Of a stretch of DNA of 64,000 nt, positions 27,230 through 36,857 are shown piece after piece. The notes under the pieces were generated by a model. The model was not told the origin of the DNA. It searched no databases and saw nothing but the letters and a program-made list of their open reading frames with translations. The translations under genes were made by a program, and so were the position numbers. The DNA is from Candidatus Moraniibacteriota bacterium (GTDB lineage Bacteria > Patescibacteriota > Minisyncoccia > Moranbacterales > UBA2206): positions 659 through 64,658 of the forward strand of contig JAPLXG010000008.1 in NCBI GenBank assembly GCA_026396175.1. The letters run 5' to 3'. Position 1 is the stretch's first letter, and every line of letters begins with the position of its first letter.

Positions 27230-27270
27230 AACAAAAAACAGCTCCGACGTAACGTCGGAGCTGTTTTTGA
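27230..27270. terminator. bidirectional intrinsic terminator
   Basis: aaaaACAGCTCCGACGTtaACGTCGGAGCTGTttttt, between convergent genes. Confidence 0.7.
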
Positions 27271-27289
27271 AGATGGAATATAAAAACGA

Positions 27290-29863
27290 CTACGGCCCCG
27301 CCGGAATATTCGTGCTCACAGAAGTGCTTTTTGAATCGGAGTTGCCATTGTTATCCGTCGCGTCCACTTTTATATCTAAGCTAGAATTATATTTGCCGCT
27401 TGGAACATCATAGCTTGCGCTAAAAGAGTCGCTGCTACTGGAAGAGATAGAATTTCCATCAACACTAATGGTGGCTTTCTTGACGCCATAGGGAGCGGAA
27501 ATTTTAACAGAAATGCTAAAAGAAGAAGATGTGACCGGATCTCCGCCAGAATGAGAAATACTATCGATGCTGATTTGGTATTTGGAAAAATCTTTTGCTT
27601 GGCATTTATCAGTTGGGGCGCCATCAGTAGAAAAGCCGTTATCTTTCAGCCAGCTTTTCACGCCCGCTTCCCAGTTTTTAAACTGCGGATCGTTCTCGGG
27701 GTTTTTTGGCGGATCGCCACGAACATCATCCTTATTAACATAATATAAAATATCGTGCGTATCAGAAAAATTCTTTTTCTTGGCTTTACTGTCAGGACAG
27801 GCATCGCTGGCCAGGCAATATTGGTTATTTTTCCCTGGGATTTCGCAAACCTTGAGTTCTTGCTTCATCTCCAATTTTCCATTCAAGACATCTTTGCCCG
27901 CGTCTTCCGGCTCATATTTGGGAAAATCTTCTTTGTTGGTATTTTTTAGCGCTTCGTTCATAAAAGCACGCCAAATCGGAGCGGCGACAAAAATTCCGTC
28001 CGCGCCTTGTTTCATTGTGGAATGGTCATTATTTCCCGCCCAAACCCCGACGGCGAGCGATGGAGTGTAACCCATTGTCCAACCATCACGCCACTCATTG
28101 GTTGTGCCGGTTTTGGCGGCGACGGCGCGGTCATCAAAACTCAAAGGGTTTTTGTCGCCAAAAACTGGAGCGCGCAGACTATTGGTGGACATAATATAGT
28201 CAATCATAGCGACGTATTTTTCATCGATTACCTTATCTCCTTGGTTACTATTGTATTTTTCCAAGACAGTTCCTTTACTATCTTCAATGCGCAGAATCGC
28301 AGTTGTTGGGTGGTGAATTCCATCGGTCGCAAAGGTGGAAAAAGCATTGACATGATCTAGTAGCTTCACTTCGCCACCGCCCAAAACAAGAGATAATCCA
28401 TAGCGGGTTGGATCAGTAAGTGTGGTGATGCCCATGCTTCGAGCAGTATTTATTGAATCTGTCACCCCGGCCAGATAGAGGGTTTTCACGGCAGGAACAT
28501 TGAGAGATCTGGCGAGAGCGTCTTTCATCTGCATTAGGCCAGAGTTTTTACCGTCATAATTTTTTGGATCATAAGGTGGTTGCTCGTCGGCGGTATTGAA
28601 ATTGGTGTCTGTATCCCAAATATTGGTTTCCGGCGTGAAGCCTTTTTCAAAAGCGGTGAGGTAGACATAGGGCTTGAAAGAAGAACCTGGTTGCAAAAGC
28701 GATACGGCGACATTCACATTGGGCTCAAAGACACAATTTTTCCCCGAGATGCAACCAGCTGGTTCACTTGGGGCGAAATAGTCTTTGCTACCAACCATTG
28801 CCAAAACTTGTCCGGTTTTCGGATCCATCGCAACGAGACCGGCATTCGCCGCTTTATAGGTAGCAGTGTTTTTTGTTGCACCGTCTTTTACCACTTTTTC
28901 TGCCAGCTGTTGCTTGTCCCAATCCAGTGTGGTGTAGACCTTGAGTCCGCCTTGTTCCACGGCTTGGTCGCCATATTTTTGTTGCAAATAGTCTTTGATA
29001 TACATCACAAAATGGGGCGCGGCAATAATGTCCTTTTGTGGTTTTATTTTGTCGAGAGTTGCGGTATTGATCGCTTCATTGGCCTGATCTTGAGTAATAT
29101 AGCCTAAGCGTGCCATAGTTTTCAGGGCATAATCTTTGCGACCAATGAGAGCATCCGTGTGGGAGCCATAGGGCGAATAATAGGTAGTTGCCTGCGGAAG
29201 AGAGGCAATAACCGCGGATTCATCAAGCGTGAGATCTTTGGCGGATTTGCCAAAAAATGTTTGTGCCGCCGCTTCAATACCATAGGCGTTGGAGCCGTAG
29301 GGAATCTCATTGAGGTACATCGCTAAAATGTCATCTTTGGAAAATTTTGTTTCCAATTCCAGAGAAAGGATTACCTCTTTGACTTTTCTGATTAGTGTTT
29401 TTTCGTTGGAAAGCAGGGAATTTTTGACAAATTGTTGCGTTATTGTCGATCCGCCCTGGGCTTTTCCAAGATGGATAATATCGGCCAGCATCGAGCGAAC
29501 AATCGAAGTGAATTTAATGCCGTGGTGGCTATAGAAGTCCTGATCTTCCAGGCTGATGGTGGCATATTTCAAAACGTCCGGCATTTGGGAAAAGGCAATC
29601 TGTGTTCTTTTTTCTTCGCCGTGGACGTCATAGAGCAAATGCGTGCCGGTGCGGTCATAAATTTTAGTTGATTCGGCAATGAAGCGATTGTTGATTTTGC
29701 CTGGATCGGGCAGATCTTTGAAAAAATAGGCAAAAACGCCGATTGTGGCTAAAACCAGCACGGCAACAATGATACCAAAGATTTTAAAAAGCTTTTTCCA
29801 GGGAATATTAAACCTTTTTCGCTTCCTTGGGTCTAAATCATCGGGTGAGAAAATATTGCGCAT
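27290..29863 (-). CDS. mrcA: class A penicillin-binding protein (PBP1A-type transglycosylase/transpeptidase) with Ser-rich C-terminal extension
   Basis: 857 aa. N-terminal TM anchor. GT51 motifs 'EDQDFYSHHG' and 'GGSTITQQ'. Transpeptidase motifs 'SSFKP', 'SLN' and 'KTGT'. The C-terminal ~120 aa are S/D/N-rich. Confidence 0.85.
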   Translation of the reverse strand: MRNIFSPDDLDPRKRKRFNIPWKKLFKIFGIIVAVLVLATIGVFAYFFKDLPDPGKINNRFIAESTKIYDRTGTHLLYDVHGEEKRTQIAFSQMPDVLKYATISLEDQDFYSHHGIKFTSIVRSMLADIIHLGKAQGGSTITQQFVKNSLLSNEKTLIRKVKEVILSLELETKFSKDDILAMYLNEIPYGSNAYGIEAAAQTFFGKSAKDLTLDESAVIASLPQATTYYSPYGSHTDALIGRKDYALKTMARLGYITQDQANEAINTATLDKIKPQKDIIAAPHFVMYIKDYLQQKYGDQAVEQGGLKVYTTLDWDKQQLAEKVVKDGATKNTATYKAANAGLVAMDPKTGQVLAMVGSKDYFAPSEPAGCISGKNCVFEPNVNVAVSLLQPGSSFKPYVYLTAFEKGFTPETNIWDTDTNFNTADEQPPYDPKNYDGKNSGLMQMKDALARSLNVPAVKTLYLAGVTDSINTARSMGITTLTDPTRYGLSLVLGGGEVKLLDHVNAFSTFATDGIHHPTTAILRIEDSKGTVLEKYNSNQGDKVIDEKYVAMIDYIMSTNSLRAPVFGDKNPLSFDDRAVAAKTGTTNEWRDGWTMGYTPSLAVGVWAGNNDHSTMKQGADGIFVAAPIWRAFMNEALKNTNKEDFPKYEPEDAGKDVLNGKLEMKQELKVCEIPGKNNQYCLASDACPDSKAKKKNFSDTHDILYYVNKDDVRGDPPKNPENDPQFKNWEAGVKSWLKDNGFSTDGAPTDKCQAKDFSKYQISIDSISHSGGDPVTSSSFSISVKISAPYGVKKATISVDGNSISSSSSDSFSASYDVPSGKYNSSLDIKVDATDNNGNSDSKSTSVSTNIPAGP

Positions 29864-29948
29864 AAGTTGAATTTAAACGAAGTTAGTCGCTTATAGTTTA
29901 GTCTAAATTGGGGGAAATATCAAGGCGTTGTTTTGCTGTGAGCAATTT

Positions 29949-30902
29949 CTAGCTTTGCAACTTTTTTTTGAAAATGTCAAGTAATTCTTGATACATTTCT
30001 AGCATATGGGGTTTTTCTTCGGGAGTGAAAAATAAGCCTGGCATCGAGTTGAGCTCGACGATCCAGGGCTTTTTGTTTTCATCAAACATCAGATCAATCG
30101 AATATACGCGCGGCTCAAAAGTGGTGAAAACTTCATTGGCATAGGCGATAATCGGTCGCAGAGATTTGGGCAGTTTTTCTTTTGGGACGATAATGAGTGA
30201 TCCACCCTGAGCAAGGTTAGCCAGAAGGCTGCCTTCTCTTGGTTCTCGAATGTAGGAATAGATTAGTTTGTTATTAATAAAAACTAATCGTAAGTCATGC
30301 ATTTTTTTGCTCACTCCGGGCACGCCGCAGGATGAGTCGATAAACTCCTGGGCGATATTTTCTTTCTCAATTTTAATTTTGCTAGCATTTTTCTTGTCAA
30401 TAATTTGCACATCTTTCCCGCCACTTTCGCTAAGCGGCTTTAGGACGATTTTGGAAGATTTTATTTTTGGCAAAATATTTTTCAACTCACACGAGTTTTT
30501 TATGAGCCAACTTTTTTTCGACCACTTAGCAAAAATTAAACTGGTGGTGAATTTATCATCAACAAGCCGAGTAAAGTTCAAATCATTAATGAATTGATAT
30601 TTAGCACTAATCAATTCTTTTTTATGATAAACCTCCAAACGCGCTTTAGTTTTGTCATAGATCAAATCAGGCTGGATATTTTTAACTTTTTTCCAGTTGC
30701 CACCTTCGCCCTCATAGATCCAGGCGTATTTGAAAAGGTGCTTTTCATAATCATACCACTCGTAGGACGCGCGATACATTTGAATTTCATTTTTTTTGCA
30801 AAGCGAATAAAAATATTCATAGGAATATTGGTAGTCTTTATTGGAAAATGGCTTGGCTTTTTTCCAGTCGCTTTTACCAAAAAGAATCATCACTTTTTTC
30901 AT
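29949..30902 (-). CDS. ATP-grasp superfamily ligase (YheC/D- or TTL-like)
   Basis: 317 aa. 'IVLKPLSESGGKDVQII', 'HDLRLVFINNKLIYSYIREPREGSLLANLAQGGS' and 'IVELNSMPGL' match the ATP-grasp nucleotide-binding and Mg-binding signatures. Confidence 0.55.
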   Translation of the reverse strand: MKKVMILFGKSDWKKAKPFSNKDYQYSYEYFYSLCKKNEIQMYRASYEWYDYEKHLFKYAWIYEGEGGNWKKVKNIQPDLIYDKTKARLEVYHKKELISAKYQFINDLNFTRLVDDKFTTSLIFAKWSKKSWLIKNSCELKNILPKIKSSKIVLKPLSESGGKDVQIIDKKNASKIKIEKENIAQEFIDSSCGVPGVSKKMHDLRLVFINNKLIYSYIREPREGSLLANLAQGGSLIIVPKEKLPKSLRPIIAYANEVFTTFEPRVYSIDLMFDENKKPWIVELNSMPGLFFTPEEKPHMLEMYQELLDIFKKKLQS

Positions 30903-30931
30903 AGTAGTTTTAATAAATATAAATTTAGATT

Positions 30932-31888
30932 TTAGGCAATCAAAAGATTTACCAATTCCTTCGCGATATTTATTTTCGGATAAGTTTTTTCGAAACCTTC
31001 AAATGAAGCAAAGATATTTAGTTCTATGATCAGATAGTCATCTTTTGTTTTGAGCAGATCTATGCCAACATAATCCAAGTCTAATTTTCTGGCCACTTTT
31101 TCTGAAAAGCGTTCCATTTTTTTGTCTGCGTATTTTTTAATTTTTCCTCCCAACGAGTAGTTATTTTTCCACTCACCATTTTGCGCAGTTCTCTTCATAA
31201 TGCCCATTGATTTTCCTCCAATAACAAGAATGCGGAAATCCCCTTGGTTTTTAATGAAGGGCTGAAAGACTAAGTTATCCGCCCTTTTTGTTTCTAATAG
31301 TTTGCGTAAATCGGGGAGCGTGCTAATTTTCCAAACTTGCTCTCCCATGCTTCCGTCGCTTTGTTTTACGACAATAGGTAGCTTTATGTCGAAGTTTTCA
31401 AGGCTTTCGCAAATATGCTCAAATTTATTGTCAGTAAAATGAAGGGTTGGGATGGCTGAGAGATTTTTTTCAAAATAGGCTTGCGAAAGAGTAAATTTAT
31501 TATAGTGAGGATGGCTTAGGATGAAGTTTCGGTTAATCACCTTAATGTTGAATTTACGACATTGATCAAATAAAAGAAATAATTCATTAGACAGGTTGAA
31601 AGAAAATTGCTGGTTCTTTTTGCGCAGAATAACTTCATAGCGAGGAATATCAAAAAAAACGGCGCAAAATTTTTTCAAATTGATCTTTTTGTCAGCTGAA
31701 AACAATTCACCATTTTTAAAAACGAGCGATTTCCAGCGAATAAATTCATAGGGGCAATTTATTTTTTTCAACTGGTCAATTGCCCTATCTGTTCTGTGGG
31801 ATGATTCTTTCACGGAAATAATAAGCACTTTTTTCATAAAATAATCATAGCAGCCGTTAAAATTTATTTTACCACCATACGTTAGCAA
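30932..31888 (-). CDS. RimK-like ATP-grasp ligase
   Basis: 318 aa. 'LPIVVKQSDGSMGEQV', 'DFRILVIGGKSMGIMKRTAQNGEWKNNYSLGG' and 'YVGIDLLKTKDDYLIIELN'. Confidence 0.6.
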   Translation of the reverse strand: MLTYGGKINFNGCYDYFMKKVLIISVKESSHRTDRAIDQLKKINCPYEFIRWKSLVFKNGELFSADKKINLKKFCAVFFDIPRYEVILRKKNQQFSFNLSNELFLLFDQCRKFNIKVINRNFILSHPHYNKFTLSQAYFEKNLSAIPTLHFTDNKFEHICESLENFDIKLPIVVKQSDGSMGEQVWKISTLPDLRKLLETKRADNLVFQPFIKNQGDFRILVIGGKSMGIMKRTAQNGEWKNNYSLGGKIKKYADKKMERFSEKVARKLDLDYVGIDLLKTKDDYLIIELNIFASFEGFEKTYPKINIAKELVNLLIA

Positions 31889-32868
31889 GCTTCTTTTTTA
31901 GAGAGGTTGCTTTTTTGCGTAGTGCTGAGTTTTAGGATGAAATTTATAATATCCTTAATAACATTTCTCGATTTTCCAAAAGTAGGGTTGTAATGGATGT
32001 AGATATCCGGTTTTCCATTTATCTCTAGAATTCCGAATATTTGTTCTTTTGGGTCGATTGAAATATCTTCGCAAATTATATCAATACCGGCCAGATAATC
32101 ACCAATCGCATCAGTGGCTTTAGCGCAAATGGAAACAATTTTTTTATTAACCAACTCTGTGACGTCGCGAGTTTCTCCACCTTCAGCTAAAGAGGAACTC
32201 TTTTTGATGGAAGCGATTTCTCCAGCATTTAAAATATGCTCAAGGGAAAACCCTTGTTCTTTGAGTATTTTTTCTAGCACTGAATCGATCGGAGTTTTTC
32301 GGTGCGTGCTTGTTTGTTTTTCTTCGATAAGTTTTTTAATGGTGGACACGCCGTCCCCGAAAACTCTGGGCGGGATCATTTCGAGGGCGCCAATGACCCG
32401 ATTATCCAGCATAAGCACGCGATATTCTTTGCCAAAAATCATTTCTTGAGCGATGAGAGACCGGAAATTGGAAATTTCTTCCGTTAATATCGCTACCGCC
32501 TCCTCGGGGGTTTTGATGTAGGGAAAGATTCCCTGACTATTGGAACCGGAAGAATCCTTGATGATTATGGGGTATTTAAGGCTAAAAAGCTTAGTAGTTG
32601 CATCCGCTATTTCGAAATTTTTTCTAAAGAAAAAAACTGTTTCAGGTGTTGGCAAAAAACGTCGCCTAAGCAGTGTATAAGTCAGATCTTTATGTGTTGT
32701 TGCTCCGGCGATGCTGATAAAGTTTTTGGCAATTCTGAATTTTCTCGTTATGAGAAAAACCTTTCCGCCGACGTGGATGTTATAGCAACCTCGTTCAGGA
32801 ATGACTTCTTCAAACGTTCCTCCCATTTCTTCAACGACCTTCTTGATCAGCGGCGGGTTTTTTATCAT
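31882..32868 (-). CDS. ATP-grasp ligase resembling the cyanophycin-synthetase N-terminal domain
   Basis: 328 aa. 'YRVLMLDNRVIGALEMIPPRVFGDGVSTIKKLIEEKQ...LAEGGE' parallels the CphA-N and D-Ala-D-Ala-ligase-like substrate-binding region. 'LAGIDIICEDISIDPKEQIFGILEINGKP'. Confidence 0.55.
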   Translation of the reverse strand: MIKNPPLIKKVVEEMGGTFEEVIPERGCYNIHVGGKVFLITRKFRIAKNFISIAGATTHKDLTYTLLRRRFLPTPETVFFFRKNFEIADATTKLFSLKYPIIIKDSSGSNSQGIFPYIKTPEEAVAILTEEISNFRSLIAQEMIFGKEYRVLMLDNRVIGALEMIPPRVFGDGVSTIKKLIEEKQTSTHRKTPIDSVLEKILKEQGFSLEHILNAGEIASIKKSSSLAEGGETRDVTELVNKKIVSICAKATDAIGDYLAGIDIICEDISIDPKEQIFGILEINGKPDIYIHYNPTFGKSRNVIKDIINFILKLSTTQKSNLSKKEAC

Positions 32869-34263
32869 TTATTTACTTGAATCAATTAAAAATTTCTTCA
32901 AATTTACTTTTCCGATAATCATTGAGTACTGCATATGCGAACGGTCAATCAGCGTTATTTTTGTGGAAGTGGTCACATTGTCCATAATAAATTCGACGTT
33001 AATCATCGGGCGGTAAGTGTAGCCATTAGAAGATTTGACCGGGATGGTGGATGCAATATCAGGAATATTTTTATATATCGCCCAGCGCTTTTCTTTGTCT
33101 AAATTTTTCAAGTCTTCATAGGGCATTTTCAGTTTTTCAAACTCATCGATAGTTTGGGTGAAGCCTAGCTGTTTTGCCAGCTCATTATCGATCGATGACC
33201 AGTCAGCGCCGGTGTCAATCTTGGCTTCCACCTCAATTTCTTTGCCATCTTTTCCAATCAATTTTACTTTTTCCACTGTGCCGATCACTTTCTTTCCGGA
33301 AATTTCTTCCAGCTCTTCTTCGATTTCTCCGCCAAAAAGATCCATTCCCACGCGGATACCTTTTTTAATTGTTTTGATCTTGATGCCAGCCGCTTTTTTC
33401 AGGCGCCATTTCAATCCATCAAGGTTGGCGACTTGGATAGCCAGACCCGGGCGGGCATTTAGTTCTAAAATTACCGGCCCACGTTCTTTATCAATTGCAA
33501 TGTCCACACCAAGAAAACCCAAGCCGGAAATTTCTTGCGAGCGCACAGCCAAGTTTAAAATATCCATCCAATAGGGGATTTTAATTCCCGAAAGCAAAAG
33601 TCTTGTGCCGGGAAGATATTCAATAATTTTTTGCTTGCCCGCAACGGCTGTCGTGGTGACCCCAGAAGCCAAGTCGATGCCGACCCCAATTGCGCCTTGC
33701 GCGAGGTTAGCTTTTCCATGGGATTCTTTGGTTGGCAGGCGCAGCATGGCCATAATGGGCATTTTATTAAAAACAATAATCCGGATGTCGGGAATACCTT
33801 TGAAGGCATAGGGTTTAAAAAGTTTCAAAAGTTTCAGGCGTTCTTCAAAAAAAGCCGTGTCGGGAATGCCAGACAAGGAATAGGACCCGTCCAAAATATT
33901 TCGTGTGTGATTTTTGAGGTCATCAATCGTCACGATTGACCCATCGGCCTTTATCCAGGCGTCAGCTCTATTCTTCTTGCGTCCATAGATAACAATAATG
34001 CCTTCACCACCAAAGCCGCGATTAGGTTTCAGAACAAAGCTATCGGGCAGTTTTTGCCAATCAAAATTATCCAAATCTTCTAGGGTTTTGATTTGGGAAA
34101 TGAGGGCGGGAACTGCGATGTCGTTTTTCTTGAGGATTCTTTTGCTAAGAAGTTTGTTGTCAGCAAGGCGCTTAGCGGAAGTGCGATTAAGTGGTCGGAT
34201 GTACTCCAAATTGCGGGAATTCATTCCGAGAACGCCACGACTTTTTTTAATAAATTCAAACAT
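32869..34263 (-). CDS. RimK-related alpha-L-glutamate-ligase-like ATP-grasp fused to a retropepsin-like 'ATP-dependent zinc protease' domain
   Basis: 464 aa. N-terminal ATP-grasp ('FVLKPNRGFGGEGIIVI', 'DIRIIVFNKMPIMAMLRLPTKESHGKANLAQGAIGVGIDL', 'GVDIAIDKERGPVILELNARPGL'). The C-terminal ~130 aa carry 'AKIDTGADWSSID', the aspartyl-protease-like signature of the RimK-associated Zn_protease family. Confidence 0.6.
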   Translation of the reverse strand: MFEFIKKSRGVLGMNSRNLEYIRPLNRTSAKRLADNKLLSKRILKKNDIAVPALISQIKTLEDLDNFDWQKLPDSFVLKPNRGFGGEGIIVIYGRKKNRADAWIKADGSIVTIDDLKNHTRNILDGSYSLSGIPDTAFFEERLKLLKLFKPYAFKGIPDIRIIVFNKMPIMAMLRLPTKESHGKANLAQGAIGVGIDLASGVTTTAVAGKQKIIEYLPGTRLLLSGIKIPYWMDILNLAVRSQEISGLGFLGVDIAIDKERGPVILELNARPGLAIQVANLDGLKWRLKKAAGIKIKTIKKGIRVGMDLFGGEIEEELEEISGKKVIGTVEKVKLIGKDGKEIEVEAKIDTGADWSSIDNELAKQLGFTQTIDEFEKLKMPYEDLKNLDKEKRWAIYKNIPDIASTIPVKSSNGYTYRPMINVEFIMDNVTTSTKITLIDRSHMQYSMIIGKVNLKKFLIDSSK

Positions 34264-34265
34264 AA

Positions 34266-34401
34266 GGTTTATCCCGCACTAACTTTGTGCTGGCACAACG
34301 TGCCAAGTAGCTTTTTATGATAGATAAATATTTTTTTCAACTTTTTTGTTTAGCGCCAGCAGTTGCTGATAAAAAGCACAAAGTTAGTGCGGGACAAGTT
34401 A
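34266..34401. promoter_or_regulatory. 20-bp perfect inverted repeat bracketing the promoter region of the ATP-grasp operon
   Basis: 'cccgcactaactttgtgct' (34268-34286) and 'agcacaaagttagtgcggg' (34382-34400), separated by ~95 bp of AT-rich sequence. Confidence 0.4.
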
Positions 34402-35064
34402 GTTTCTTTTGATAATCTCTCCGAAACGCAAATATTCACTGAAGCGCAATCCCGTCCATTTGCCTAAAATAATATTCATTGGGATTGTGAAGAGAATAGT
34501 CCAGGGATAGCTAGCGATAAATTGGATAAGCGCTTCCCAACTGGCAAGGTAAAATCCCAAAATAGAAATAATCAATGTTTCAGTGGCGAGAAGAATAGCG
34601 GCGCGGTCACCTTTTTCAATCTGCACCGCGATGAATTTTTCCACGAGCGTAATCATGATGAGGATCGGGAAGATTGACACCGAAGCGAGGCCGGTTCTTT
34701 TTAGGCTTCCGCCGATGACCAGCATAACGAGAATGGAAAGCGCAACGATTGTGAGCATAATGGCCACGCGGGGAAGGTAGAGCAGGCGAAAAGATTTAAG
34801 TGCGATTCTCATTAGCATCCCGATCAGGATAATCACCACAAAGATTACGATGCCATATTTGATGCCATTGGTTGCCAAAAAGGCAAAGGTAACGAGCAGT
34901 GGTGTGTAGATACCAAAAGCTTTGATTCCCACGACTTGTCGCAAAAAGGCGATTAGTGTCGCAATGATCGGAAGCATCAGAATTAACCTGATTGTTTCAA
35001 AAGGCACGCCTTCATTGAGAAAAAAAGTCAAGATGGGGCTGATGTGAAAATTGAGTTCGTTCAT
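34399..35064 (-). CDS. 7-TM integral membrane protein associated with the ligase/protease cassette
   Basis: 221 aa, about 7 hydrophobic helices, no soluble domain. Its position matches the 7TM partner of the RimK-related-ligase / zinc-protease cassettes described from comparative genomics. Confidence 0.45.
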   Translation of the reverse strand: MNELNFHISPILTFFLNEGVPFETIRLILMLPIIATLIAFLRQVVGIKAFGIYTPLLVTFAFLATNGIKYGIVIFVVIILIGMLMRIALKSFRLLYLPRVAIMLTIVALSILVMLVIGGSLKRTGLASVSIFPILIMITLVEKFIAVQIEKGDRAAILLATETLIISILGFYLASWEALIQFIASYPWTILFTIPMNIILGKWTGLRFSEYLRFGEIIKRN

Positions 35065-35555
35065 TGTTTAAGTTTTAAGCTAATTATGGCGCGACTGTTA
35101 GCATGACACACGGCAATCGCCAGTGCGTCAGCCACATCATCAGGCTTCGGGATGCATTTCAAATGCAAAACACTTTTAATCATTTGCTGCATCTGTTTTT
35201 TTTCAGCTCGGCCATAGCCCGTGAGAGCTTGTTTGACTTGGAGCGGAGTGTAACTAAACACCTTAACATTATTTTGGCTTAGTGTCAAGAGAATTGCTCC
35301 GCGAGATTGTGCCACCTGGATGACGGTTTTTTGGTTTTTGAAGAAAAAAAGGCTTTCAATCGCCGCTTCCTGTGGTTTGTGTTTTTGGATTATTTTTGCC
35401 AAGTCGTCTGAAACCTCCAAAATCCGCGCGTCATCACTATTAACCTTCTCGGTGCTGATGTGGCCATAGGCCAAAGGCAGGAGTTTATCACCCTTAATTT
35501 CAATAATAGCCCAGCCAGTGGTGGCGGTGCCGGGGTCAATTCCAAGTATTTTCAT
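35061..35555 (-). CDS. ruvC: crossover junction endodeoxyribonuclease RuvC
   Basis: 164 aa. 'MKILGIDPGTATTGWAIIE' is the RNase H-fold catalytic N-terminus; 'GYGRAEKKQMQQM'. Confidence 0.85.
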   Translation of the reverse strand: MKILGIDPGTATTGWAIIEIKGDKLLPLAYGHISTEKVNSDDARILEVSDDLAKIIQKHKPQEAAIESLFFFKNQKTVIQVAQSRGAILLTLSQNNVKVFSYTPLQVKQALTGYGRAEKKQMQQMIKSVLHLKCIPKPDDVADALAIAVCHANSRAIISLKLKQ

Positions 35556-35644
35556 GGTCTACAAATTACGAATTAATACTACAAACATACAAATGTACAA
35601 ACAACACAGGACTTGCGCGTTTGTCTAGAAAGTAACCAAACCAT

Positions 35645-35813
35645 GTCATCCTGAGCGTATCCACCATCTGCCAGTGACAGATGTGGACGGAGTCGAAGGA
35701 TCTGCGTTCTATTTTTGGGAGCTTTTTATGATTAAGTAAAGCTTTGGGTTGTGGCAAGTAGATCCTTCGACTACGTCCGAGTACGGACTTCGCTCAGGAT
35801 GACATGATTTTTA
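35645..35813. repeat. MITE-like inverted-repeat element, copy 1
   Basis: Termini 'gtcatcctgagcg...gagtcgaaggatctgc' and 'gatccttcgactacgtccg...cgctcaggatgac' form ~35-bp imperfect inverted repeats around a ~90-bp core. Related copies at 40870-41008 and 55127-55290. Confidence 0.7.
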
Positions 35814-35830
35814 GGCGCGTAAGTTCTGAA

Positions 35831-36547
35831 TTAGCCAATATTGTTATAAATCTCACTCACATCCTCATGGTCATCCAGAAGTTCCATGAGATTTTCGTAG
35901 CTTTCACGGGTTTTGTCGTCAACCGTGATGGTGGTTTTGGGCAGATAAATCAGGCCCGAATCAAGTATTTTAAGGTTAACTTTGGCAATATTTTCTCGCA
36001 CGCGAGCAAAATCTTTCTGATCAGTAATGATATTTAATAAATCATCTTCCAGGAACACATCGCGCGCCCCAGCTTCAATGGCTTGCATTTCCAATTCATC
36101 GGCGTCTTTATTTTCCAGATCAATGCTAATACTTCCGACTCGTTCAAAATTCCACATTGCCGAGCCTTTTTCTCCCAGCTTCGAATTATTTTTTGTGAGA
36201 ATGGTTTTTACTTCTGAAACCGTACGGTTTTTATTATCGGTCGTGCAAGAAATGAGCAGCATCAGTTCGCCCGGCCCAACCGCCTCATAGAGAATTTCTT
36301 CAATCAAAGCGCCCTTAATTTCACCCGTTCCGCGCTTGATGGCTCGCTCGATGTTTTCTTTTGGCATATTCATCGCCCGCGCGCGGTCAACAGCCATCCT
36401 TAGTTGAAAGTTGGTATCAAGTTTTCCGCCACCATCCCGCGCGGCAATAGTAACAAGCTTTCCATATTTAGTGAAAATCTTACCTCTTTTGGCATCATTT
36501 ACGCCTTTTCGTTGTTTTATTCCCGCCCAATGTGAGTGTCCGGACAT
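35831..36547 (-). CDS. yebC: YebC/PmpR-family DNA-binding transcriptional regulator
   Basis: The canonical N-terminus MSGHSHWAGIKQRKG starts at 36547. The track ORF extends to 36604 only by reading through the CCTGCCTGCCGGCGAGGCAGG palindrome at 36578-36598. Confidence 0.8.
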   Translation of the reverse strand: MSGHSHWAGIKQRKGVNDAKRGKIFTKYGKLVTIAARDGGGKLDTNFQLRMAVDRARAMNMPKENIERAIKRGTGEIKGALIEEILYEAVGPGELMLLISCTTDNKNRTVSEVKTILTKNNSKLGEKGSAMWNFERVGSISIDLENKDADELEMQAIEAGARDVFLEDDLLNIITDQKDFARVRENIAKVNLKILDSGLIYLPKTTITVDDKTRESYENLMELLDDHEDVSEIYNNIG

Positions 36548-36700
36548 AAGCTCATGAAGCATGAAACATATAGCATGCCTGCCTGCCGGCGAGGCAGGTA
36601 ACAAAATACGAGATACTAATTGTTTCGCGCTTTTTCGTTAACTTCCTTATAATTCAAGCGTAGCATTTTAAATGGGGAAATTCAAGGGAAAAATAGAAAT

Positions 36701-36729
36701 AAAAAAAGCCAGGGGTTGTCATTCCCTGG
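36701..36729 (-). terminator. intrinsic terminator for the two small minus-strand genes
   Basis: On the minus strand: CCAGGGaatgacaacCCCTGG followed by cttttttt. Confidence 0.6.
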
Positions 36730-36857
36730 CGGTGAGTCGTGCGACCCTTGCTGGCGCTACAGCAAAGGCGATAGTGGACTAAGATAGGATCCGGGTCCTT
36801 TCCCTTTCCTTCTTATGGATACGGTGATCTCATACAACAAAACCAGGATAATGGTTG

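Noticed and set aside
36578-36604. YebC N-terminal extension 'MLPASPAGRHAICFMLHEL'
   Set aside because: It is the translation of the CCTGCCTGCCGGCGAGGCAGG palindrome. YebC proteins begin MSGHSKW/MSGHSHW, which starts at 36547.
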